DNA of 64,000 bases from Gemmatimonadota bacterium. Its GTDB lineage: Bacteria; Gemmatimonadota; Gemmatimonadetes; Longimicrobiales; Gaopeijiaceae. The position numbers were made by a program, and so were the translations under genes. Below, in pieces: positions 34,909 to 42,603 of this stretch. Within the stretch, counting starts at the first letter, position 1, and each line of letters begins with the position of its first letter. The DNA lies in contig JBDHIJ010000024.1 of NCBI GenBank assembly GCA_039587435.1, forward strand, positions 3,166-67,165. The letters are read 5' to 3'. The notes under the pieces are model-generated. The model was not told where the DNA came from. It worked only from the letters and a program-made list of their open reading frames with translations, and made no database searches.

Positions 34909-36684
34909 ATGTCCATGGTTCGCCGGGTCCCGCGTGGGGCCCTCCTGCACGCGTCCCACGCCCCCGCGCCAGCCCGGTTCGCCGCGGTCCTGACGACCGC
35001 GTCGATCCTCTGGTTGTCGGCATGCTCCCCCGCGGCGGAGGACTCCGCCGGGCCGTCGGGCCCGTATGCGGATGTGAGCCAGGTGGCCCGCTCCGCCGGC
35101 GGGATGGTCTCGGCTGCTCAACCGCTGGCCACCCAGGCCGGAGCCGCCATGCTGGAAGCCGGGGGAAACGCGGCCGATGCGGCCGTGGCCGCCGGCTTCG
35201 CCATCTCCGTGGTCGAGCCCACCATGAACTCCATCGGAGGGCGAAACCAGATTCTGATCCGCCTCCCCACCGGGGAGTTCCGCGGGATCGACGGCACGAC
35301 CCAGGCTCCGGCCACCTACGATCCCGATACGGCTCCCCAGGCCGGCTACGGATATCCCACCGTCGGGGTCCCCGGTGCTCTGGCGGGACTGTTCCGGCTC
35401 CACGAGGAGTACGGCAGCCTTCCGCTGGAGACCGTGATGGGTCCCGCTCTCGAACTGGCCGCGAGCGGCTTCGAGATCCTGCCCGGCGAGGCGCGCCGGC
35501 AGCAGATGGCCGCCGAGCAGATCGCGGAGTTCGACGGGAGCGCGGCCCACTTCCTGGGTGAGGACGGCCAGCCCCTCCAGGCCGGCGAGCACTTCGTGCA
35601 GCCCGACCTGGCCGCGACGCTTCGGACCATCCTCGAGGGCGGACGGCAGGTCTTCTACGAGGGTGAACTGGCCCGGCGCATGGTGGATGACGTCTCCGCC
35701 CACGGCGGTGCCCTGACCATGGAGTCGCTGCGGGACTATCGGGCCGAGGACGCCGTCGTGGTCACCGGCAGCTACCGCGGGTTCGACCTCGCGGGGACCT
35801 TCACGCCCGCCGCCGGCGCCACGAGTATCGAGATCTTCCAGATCCTGGAGAACTTCGACCTGGCCGCCATGGACCCGGTCCAGTGGGCCTCCGTGGTGGG
35901 TCAGGCATTCACCCTGGCCTACGGCGACTACCGTCAGATCACCGGCCCCGACGCTCATGAGACCCTGACCTCCAAGGCCTTCGCGCGCGAGCGCGCGGCC
36001 CTGATCGAGGTACCGATGGTGGTGCCGGCCCAGGCGGCCATGGCATCGCCCATGGAGGCAGCCGATGCGCAGCTGGCCATGGCCGTGCCCGCCGACGCCC
36101 CCATCGAGGCCGACGCCTGGATCATGGACCAGCACCACACCACTCACCTTAGCACGGCCGACGCCGATGGGATGATGGTGGCCCTCACCCAGACCATCGG
36201 GCCCAACATGGGCTCCAAGGTGGCCACGCCCGGGATGGGGTTCCTGTACGCCGCCACCCTGGGTGGCTACCTGGGCCGGGTGGAGCCGGGTGAGCGGGCC
36301 CGCTCGTTCATTTCGCCGCTCATCATCTCCCGCGATGGCGAGCCGGTGCTGGTCATCGGCGCCGCGGGCGGGGCCCGGATTCCGGTTGCGGTGATCCACA
36401 CGGCCCTCCGGATCATGGACCAGGGGCTCCCCCTGGATCAGGCGCTGGCCGCGCCTCGAGTTGCCCCCACGGTCGACGGGCTTCAGCTGGAAACCTCCCC
36501 GGGAATCGGTTGGGCTCCCGAGGTGGTGGAGGCCCTCCGCGGTCTCGGAATGGAGATCGACACCCAGGAGCGGGACGGAGCCTTCGGCAGGGCTCACGCC
36601 GTGTACTGGGATGCCCCAGCCGGACAGTGGGTCGGTGGAGCCGACCCGGACTGGGAGGGCTCGGCCCGTGGTCCGGGCAGCTGA
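34909..36684 (+). CDS. ggt: Gamma-glutamyltranspeptidase, exported
   Basis: GGAGG RBS, signal with LWLSAC, GGNAADAAVA, and autoprocessing/catalytic Thr in HHTTHLSTADADGMMVALTQTI. Confidence 0.95.
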   Translation: MSMVRRVPRGALLHASHAPAPARFAAVLTTASILWLSACSPAAEDSAGPSGPYADVSQVARSAGGMVSAAQPLATQAGAAMLEAGGNAADAAVAAGFAISVVEPTMNSIGGRNQILIRLPTGEFRGIDGTTQAPATYDPDTAPQAGYGYPTVGVPGALAGLFRLHEEYGSLPLETVMGPALELAASGFEILPGEARRQQMAAEQIAEFDGSAAHFLGEDGQPLQAGEHFVQPDLAATLRTILEGGRQVFYEGELARRMVDDVSAHGGALTMESLRDYRAEDAVVVTGSYRGFDLAGTFTPAAGATSIEIFQILENFDLAAMDPVQWASVVGQAFTLAYGDYRQITGPDAHETLTSKAFARERAALIEVPMVVPAQAAMASPMEAADAQLAMAVPADAPIEADAWIMDQHHTTHLSTADADGMMVALTQTIGPNMGSKVATPGMGFLYAATLGGYLGRVEPGERARSFISPLIISRDGEPVLVIGAAGGARIPVAVIHTALRIMDQGLPLDQALAAPRVAPTVDGLQLETSPGIGWAPEVVEALRGLGMEIDTQERDGAFGRAHAVYWDAPAGQWVGGADPDWEGSARGPGS

Positions 36685-36771
36685 CCCGGATACCCAACGC
36701 AGAGACGCACGCGCAGCACCGGACGAAACCATGAGGGCTCGGGTCCGGCGAAACACCACAAGGACTGAACG

Positions 36772-38394
36772 ATGCAGAACACTTCGAGGCTCCTGACTTC
36801 CCTGGCGTTGGCCGGCCTGGTGGCCGTGGGCTCCAGCTGTGCCCCGGCCGAATCCGGCGGTCCCTCCGGAGCGACCGGCTCTGGTCCCTTCGATGTCGTC
36901 TTCACCGGTGGCCGCGTCCTGGATGGGACGGGGAACCCCTGGATCTTCACGGACGTCGGCGTGCGGGACGGCCGCATCGCGGCCCTGGGGGACCTGAGCG
37001 GGGCAGATGCCTCCGAGCGGATCGATGTGTCCGGGCTGTATGTGGCGCCCGGGTTCATCGACACCCACTCCCACTCGTCCGGTGGCCTCATGGCGGAGGA
37101 CCGGAGTCATTCCCAGCCCCTGCTGGCCGAGGGGATCACCACGGTGATGGTGAACCCGGACGGCGGCGGCATGGCCGACATGGTGGAGCAGCAGGCTGCT
37201 CTCCTGGAGCACGGGCTCGGGGTGAATGCCGCCCAGTTCGTGCCGCACGGTTCGGTTCGACGTGCGGCGATGGGCTCGGAGAATCGACCCCCGACCGCCG
37301 AGGAACTGCAGGCCATGCGGGACATCGTGCGGGCCGGGATGGAGGCCGGCGCGTTCGGTCTGTCCTCCGGCACGTTCTACGCGCCGGGCAACTTCGCCAC
37401 CAACGATGAGATTATCGAGCTGGCCAGGGTGGTGGCCGAGTTCGGTGGCGCCTACCAGTCCCACCCCCGGGACGAGTCCACGTACTCCGTCGGGGTCGTG
37501 GCCGCGTCCGAAGAGGTCATCGACGTGGGCCGACAGGCCGGGATACCCACGGTCATCACACACGTGAAGGCGCTGGGACCGCTGGTCTGGGGCAAGTCCG
37601 AGGAGATGGTGGCCAACTACGTCGCCGCCCGTGAGGAGGGGGTCCAGGTCTTCACCGACCAGTACCCCTACAACGCCTCGTCGACGGGACTGACCGCGGC
37701 ACTCCTGCCCCGCTGGGTCGAGAGCGGAGGCCGGGATTCCCTGGTGGCTCGCATCAACGACCCCGAGCTGATCGACCAGATCAAGGAGGGGATGCGTGAG
37801 GGGCTCCGGCGCCGGGGCGGAGCGGACCGGATCCAGATCGCTCGCTTCGAGCCCGATCCGTCCATCGAGGGTCAGCTCCTCTCGGACCTGGCCGCCGCCG
37901 CGGGAATGGATCCCATCGACTACTCCCTGGAGCTGTTCCAGGAGGGTGGGCCCGGCATCGTGTCGTACAACATGAGCGAGGAGGACATCCAGCGGTTCAT
38001 GGTCCAGGATTTCAACATGACCGCGTCCGACGGAGCGTTCCCGGAGTTCGGCGTCGGGGTGCCCCACCCCCGGGCCTATGGGGCCTTCCCCCGGAAGATC
38101 CGGAAGTACGTCATCGAGGAGGGCGTGGTGAGCCTGAGTCAGGCCATCCGGAGCATGACTTCGCTGCCTGCCCAGGTGTTCGACATCCCCGAGCGCGGAC
38201 TGCTGGTCCCGGGACTGGTGGCCGATGTGGTGGTCTTCGATCTCGCCACCATCCGGGACAACGCCACCTTCACCGACCCCCACCAGATCTCGGAGGGGAT
38301 GGTCCACGTGCTGGTGGACGGTGAGTTCGCGATCCGCGACCGGGACTTCACCGGAGCGATGGCCGGCCAGGTTCTAAGGAAGGTCCCGGAGTAG
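36772..38394 (+). CDS. N-acyl-D-amino-acid deacylase (D-aminoacylase) family amidohydrolase, exported
   Basis: Signal/lipobox LVAVGSSC. FDVVFTGGRVLDGTGNPW...VAPGFIDTHSHS matches the D-aminoacylase N-terminus. Amidohydrolase fold throughout. Confidence 0.9.
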   Translation: MQNTSRLLTSLALAGLVAVGSSCAPAESGGPSGATGSGPFDVVFTGGRVLDGTGNPWIFTDVGVRDGRIAALGDLSGADASERIDVSGLYVAPGFIDTHSHSSGGLMAEDRSHSQPLLAEGITTVMVNPDGGGMADMVEQQAALLEHGLGVNAAQFVPHGSVRRAAMGSENRPPTAEELQAMRDIVRAGMEAGAFGLSSGTFYAPGNFATNDEIIELARVVAEFGGAYQSHPRDESTYSVGVVAASEEVIDVGRQAGIPTVITHVKALGPLVWGKSEEMVANYVAAREEGVQVFTDQYPYNASSTGLTAALLPRWVESGGRDSLVARINDPELIDQIKEGMREGLRRRGGADRIQIARFEPDPSIEGQLLSDLAAAAGMDPIDYSLELFQEGGPGIVSYNMSEEDIQRFMVQDFNMTASDGAFPEFGVGVPHPRAYGAFPRKIRKYVIEEGVVSLSQAIRSMTSLPAQVFDIPERGLLVPGLVADVVVFDLATIRDNATFTDPHQISEGMVHVLVDGEFAIRDRDFTGAMAGQVLRKVPE

Positions 38395-38471
38395 ACCGGA
38401 AGCGAGGGCCCTGACGGCAAGCGCACCTCGAGGGGAGCGCGGGCCGGGCTGTGGAACGTCCCGGCCTGACC

Positions 38472-39173
38472 CTACTGGGCCTTGAACGAGAACCCGGGGT
38501 CCTCCGGCTGCTTGAACCGGAACGGCGGCTCCCCCTCCGGACCCGATCCGTCGGAGGCCGGCTGCCACCGGAAGCCCGAGGGATGGGCCCGGGGGGCGAG
38601 TTCCCCATCGGACCCCTGCCAGCGGAACGCATCGCTGGTGGGGGTCCGTGCTTCGTCCCTACCGTCTGAGCCGCGCTTGAATGCGAACAGCGGGGGCGCG
38701 CCGGGGCCGTGGGCGAACGAGGCCGGCATCGGAGGCGTCGGCCGGTCCGGTCGCGGGACTTCCGGACGCGCCGCCGTCGGGGAACCGGGTGAGGATCCGG
38801 CCTCGCTCCACTCGAACTGGGGCACCCAGAGGGCGGTCCTGCGGCCGAAGCGGAAATCCCGGGGCGGAGGAGGCGCGATCTGGGCGTTCAGCGTATCCAC
38901 CACCAGGTCCATGTCCGGAAGCGCCCGCTCGTTGCCCGGCATGGGTCGGCACCAGCTTCCCCAACGGCACCGGGGGCAGAACCGATGCTGCAGCACCCGT
39001 CGCAGTCCCGGGACCCACGATCGGGTGATCGCCGTGGTCATGTGGCACCGTGGACAGGCCGACAACCGCGGAATTCGCCCAATCGCCCAGAAGAGGGCGG
39101 CGAACCCGACGGTGGCGGTGAAGCCGGCGAGAAGCAGGGGGGTGATCACGATCATCCTGGTCAGGGGGGGCAT
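38472..39173 (-). CDS. Hypothetical membrane-anchored zinc-ribbon protein with C-terminal aromatic-basic repeats
   Basis: N-terminal TM (IVITPLLLAGFTATVGFAALFWAI). CPRC-x24-CPRC zinc ribbon. Seven degenerate repeats: FRFGRR, FEWSEAG, FAFKRGSDG, FRWQGSDGE, FRWQPASDGSG, FRFKQPEDPG, FSFKAQ. The start is one of GTG 39188, ATG 39173 or ATG 39155. Confidence 0.6.
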   Translation of the reverse strand: MPPLTRMIVITPLLLAGFTATVGFAALFWAIGRIPRLSACPRCHMTTAITRSWVPGLRRVLQHRFCPRCRWGSWCRPMPGNERALPDMDLVVDTLNAQIAPPPPRDFRFGRRTALWVPQFEWSEAGSSPGSPTAARPEVPRPDRPTPPMPASFAHGPGAPPLFAFKRGSDGRDEARTPTSDAFRWQGSDGELAPRAHPSGFRWQPASDGSGPEGEPPFRFKQPEDPGFSFKAQ

Positions 39174-39289
39174 TCCCAAAGTGCACACACAGGGCGTCCC
39201 AGGTCCAGTTTCGGGATCTGGCGCCTGTGACGGGTCCAGACGAATTTCCCACTTCCGAGACCGAGATCGACGCTGTCTTTGGAGGCACC

Positions 39290-40267
39290 ATGGGCGCCAT
39301 CCGCCGATTCATGGACCACAACTACCGTCATTTCAATGCCCGGGAAACGCTGGAGGCCGCCCGGGCCTGGGAGACGCACATCGATGCGGGTGGGAAGATG
39401 CTGGTCACCCTGGCCGGCGCCATGTCCACGGGGGAACTGGGGCTCACCCTGGCCCGGATGATCCGGGAGGGGAAGGTGCACGCCATCTCCTGCACCGGGG
39501 CGAACCTGGAGGAGGACATGTTCAACCTCCTGGCCCACGACGAGTACGAGGTCGTCAGAGACTGGCGGGCGCTATCCGCGTCGGACGAGACGGCACTTTA
39601 CGAGCGCGGGATGAATCGGGTCACCGACACGTGCATCCCCGAGGACGTGATGCGGCACATGGAGTCCCGCCTGGTTCATCTCTGGGCAGCCGCGGCGGAG
39701 ACCGGGCAGCGCCTGTTCCCCTTCGAGTACCTCTATCGGCTGCTGGACTCGGGAGAGCTGGACGAGCACTTCCAGATCGACCCGGCGGACTCGTGGCTGG
39801 TGGCGGCCCGGGAGATGGGGATCCCCGTCTACTCGCCGGGATGGGAAGACTCCACGATGGGGAACATGTTTGCCGCGAACGTCCTGCTCGGGAACGTCCA
39901 GGACCACCAGTGTGTGAAATCCGGCACCGAGCAGTTCCAGCACCTCGTGGAGTGGTACCTGGAAAACAACGGCCAAGCCGAGGGAAAGCCGTCGGTGGGA
40001 TTCTTCCAGATCGGGGGAGGAATCGCCGGAGATTTCGCCATATGCGCCGTGCCGAGCATCATCCAGGACCTGCGGCGGGAGACCCCGTTCTGGGGGTACT
40101 ACTGCCAGATCACGGATGCCGACGCCTCGTACGGCGGCTACTCTGGAGCCGTACCCAACGAGAAGATCACCTGGGGCAAGCTGGACGAGAGCACACCCAA
40201 GTTCCTCGTAAAGTCCGATGCGTCCATCGTGGCGCCCCTGATCTTCTCCTATGTCCTGGGAGACTGA
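39290..40267 (+). CDS. Deoxyhypusine synthase family protein (bacterial DHS-like)
   Basis: ATG at 39290, 5 nt after GGAGG. YRHFNA, ISCTGANLEED, QIGGGIAGDF, and the TWGKL lysine motif followed by SDASIVAPLIF, as in DHS. Confidence 0.9.
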   Translation: MGAIRRFMDHNYRHFNARETLEAARAWETHIDAGGKMLVTLAGAMSTGELGLTLARMIREGKVHAISCTGANLEEDMFNLLAHDEYEVVRDWRALSASDETALYERGMNRVTDTCIPEDVMRHMESRLVHLWAAAAETGQRLFPFEYLYRLLDSGELDEHFQIDPADSWLVAAREMGIPVYSPGWEDSTMGNMFAANVLLGNVQDHQCVKSGTEQFQHLVEWYLENNGQAEGKPSVGFFQIGGGIAGDFAICAVPSIIQDLRRETPFWGYYCQITDADASYGGYSGAVPNEKITWGKLDESTPKFLVKSDASIVAPLIFSYVLGD

Positions 40268-40349
40268 CATGGACCCGAAACATCAGCCCGGCGAAGACAC
40301 CCGGCACCGGGGTGGCATGATCCTCAAGCACGATCCCCGAGGCGGGCGT

Positions 40350-41324
40350 GTGCATCGCTCGGACCGGATCGTCACCGGCAGCCGAAGAATCATGATCGCG
40401 TTCGGGATCCTGCTGGTCATTCTGCTGGCCCTGGCCTTCCTCCCCTTCCTGGCCGAGGGACAGGGGGTCGCCGCTCAGCAGCGAAGTGGAGGCGACGGGC
40501 TCAAGGTCTACATCTCGGCCGACATGGAGGGACTGACCGGCGCCGTAACGTCGGCCCAGCTCGGGCCGAGCGGGTTCGAGTACGGCTACTTCCGGCAGCT
40601 GATGACGGCCGAGGTCAACGCCGCCATCGACGCGGCACGGGCCGCCGGCGCCACCGAGATCCTGGTGAGTGATTCCCACGGCAACGGCCAGAACCTCCTC
40701 ATGGACCGGCTCCCCCAGGACATCACCCTGGTCCGATCCTGGCCCCGGCCCCTCATGATGGCCGAGGGCATCGACGAGACGTTCGACGCGGCCATCTTCA
40801 TCGGCTACCACTCCTCCACCGCCAACCCGGAAGGTGTCCGGGCCCACACCATGTCGTCCGGGAATCTGGCGGGCCTCAAGCTCAACGGCCGGGACATGTC
40901 GGAGACCGGGGTGGCGGCGGCCATCGCGGGGGACTTCGGCGTTCCGGTGGTCATGATCTCGGGGGACGACGCCATCACCCGCGAGGCCACGGACCTCCTG
41001 GGCGACATCGAGGCCGCCACGGTGAAGTGGAGCTACGGGTTCCACTCGGCCCGGACCCTCATGCCCGAGGCCGGCCAGGCGCTCATCGCAGAGAAGGTCT
41101 CCGCGGCGCTGGCGCGGCTGGACGACTTCGAGCCGTTCGTGCTCGAGGGCCCCATCGCGCTCGATCTGACCTACAAGAACTACATGCCCGCCGAGGTGAT
41201 GGCCTACCTGCCCAACGTGGAGAGGGTCGACTCCCACACCATCCGGTTCGTGGGGCGGGACATGACGGAGATCTCGAAGTTCATCGAGTTCGCCATGACC
41301 TATTCTCCGTCGGCGACTCCCTGA
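40350..41324 (+). CDS. M55 family metallopeptidase (D-aminopeptidase DppA-like) with N-terminal signal/anchor
   Basis: YISADMEGLTG, SDSHGNG and the SGDD pattern of the M55 family. N-terminal hydrophobic segment IMIAFGILLVILLALAFLPFLA. Start is GTG 40350 (GAGG 7 nt upstream) or ATG 40392. Confidence 0.88.
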   Translation: MHRSDRIVTGSRRIMIAFGILLVILLALAFLPFLAEGQGVAAQQRSGGDGLKVYISADMEGLTGAVTSAQLGPSGFEYGYFRQLMTAEVNAAIDAARAAGATEILVSDSHGNGQNLLMDRLPQDITLVRSWPRPLMMAEGIDETFDAAIFIGYHSSTANPEGVRAHTMSSGNLAGLKLNGRDMSETGVAAAIAGDFGVPVVMISGDDAITREATDLLGDIEAATVKWSYGFHSARTLMPEAGQALIAEKVSAALARLDDFEPFVLEGPIALDLTYKNYMPAEVMAYLPNVERVDSHTIRFVGRDMTEISKFIEFAMTYSPSATP

Positions 41325-41354
41325 CCCGGCCCCGTGCCCTCGAACTGACCGCCG

Positions 41355-41996
41355 GTGCACCTCCTCGTTCTCGTCGCCGTCGCATTCGGCAGCTTCCTCT
41401 CCACGAGCCTCGACAGCCTGGCCTTCCTGGTTCCGGCCATCTCCAGCGGGATGGCTCGGACCCGGTCCATCGTCGCCGGCTACCTGGCCGCGCTAAGCCT
41501 CATCGTGGCCGTGAGCCTGGGGGTGGCGCTGCTGGGGGCCGACCGGATGCCGGTGGAGACCGGGTGGCTGGGACTTCTCCCGCTGACCATGGGCCTGGCG
41601 ATGATGGTGCGGGGATTTGCCCGTGAGTCGGCCGAAACGTACCCGGCGAGCCCGGAGGCGGGGAGCCAGAAGCCGGAGAGCCAGGAGCCGGGGAGCCCCA
41701 AGCCCCCGCCGGCCGTGAGCGGTGCACGGCAGACGGCTCTCGTGACCCTGTCGATGAGCGGAGACAACCTGGGCGTGTTCATCCCGCTCTTCATCGATGG
41801 AACGGTCACCAGCGACCTGGTGGTCATCGGGACGCTGGCGGGGGCCGGGGTGGGCTGGGCGTGGTTCGCCCGCTACCTGGGGACTCGGCCCGTCGTCCGG
41901 GAGTGGGCTCAGGTCTGGGGCCCGCGGATCATGCCGTTCATCCTGATGGCCGTGGGCCTATTCATCCTGTCGGACACGGGCCTGGATCTCGAGTAG
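41355..41996 (+). CDS. CadD-like (cadmium resistance transporter family) membrane protein
   Basis: Polytopic protein with two halves. SMSGDNLGVFIPLF motif typical of the CadD/LysE-like superfamily. GTG start. Confidence 0.7.
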   Translation: MHLLVLVAVAFGSFLSTSLDSLAFLVPAISSGMARTRSIVAGYLAALSLIVAVSLGVALLGADRMPVETGWLGLLPLTMGLAMMVRGFARESAETYPASPEAGSQKPESQEPGSPKPPPAVSGARQTALVTLSMSGDNLGVFIPLFIDGTVTSDLVVIGTLAGAGVGWAWFARYLGTRPVVREWAQVWGPRIMPFILMAVGLFILSDTGLDLE

Positions 41997-42066
41997 CCGG
42001 CGGAGCGGCTACGGTGGCGGTGCCGATGGCGGCGCCGGCCGCACTCACTCGCTCGCCGCTGGCAGC

Positions 42067-42603
42067 CTAGACCGAGGCCGGTCCGGGCCCCTCGGGCGTG
42101 TCGCTGGCGGGACCGGCCTCGAGACCGTCCACCAGCGTGTCCACCCGGTCCCTGAGCTCGGCCATCTGATCGGAGCTCAGGCTCTGCCCCACGGCGCTGA
42201 TGGTGTAGAGCAGGGCCAGCCCCGGTACCCCCAGGCCCACTCCCCAGAAGCCCCAGGGGGTCATCTGGGACTGCCACTGCACGAAGCCCAGCATGAGTCC
42301 CATGATGGCCAGGAACGAAACGGCGAAGTAGAGGAACACGAACAGGGTCCAGACCTCCGGCTTGGGCGCGAACCTCCCCCTGAGCCTGGTGCCCTCGGAA
42401 AGGTCGTCCACCTGGACCGTGAGGTGCGGAGACCATACGCGCTGTTTCGACTCCTCGATGAAGAAGTCCGCGCAGCTCCCTTTGGACTTGGTGCACTCCA
42501 CCCAGTCCGAGCCTTCCAGCCGCCTGCGCATGATCTTCATCGCCTCATCCGGAGCCGGAGTGAGGGGGATGGAGAAGGTCGGGCGGATCTTCGGTCGGCT
42601 CAT
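42067..42603 (-). CDS. Hypothetical membrane protein translationally coupled to the CNG channel gene
   Basis: Internal ATG (codon 53 of ORF 42067-42759) overlaps the channel stop (TCAT at 42600-42603). About 90-aa soluble N-domain, 3 TM, and a C-terminal helix. Confidence 0.65.
   Translation of the reverse strand: MSRPKIRPTFSIPLTPAPDEAMKIMRRRLEGSDWVECTKSKGSCADFFIEESKQRVWSPHLTVQVDDLSEGTRLRGRFAPKPEVWTLFVFLYFAVSFLAIMGLMLGFVQWQSQMTPWGFWGVGLGVPGLALLYTISAVGQSLSSDQMAELRDRVDTLVDGLEAGPASDTPEGPGPASV

Noticed and set aside
34678-38307. 1209-aa minus-strand ORF, the longest in the track. Similar long ORFs are at 22365-24689(-), 60442-63123(-), 14654-16750(+), 17707-19380(-), 21605-23920(+) and 49442-51058(-).
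   Set aside because: All are antisense or out of frame relative to genes with unmistakable catalytic motifs (ggt, D-aminoacylase, TonB receptor, FtsX permease, S9 peptidases, serA). Their translations are monotonous R/G/P/H/D-rich strings. This is the usual stop-codon-poor shadow-frame artefact of very GC-rich DNA.
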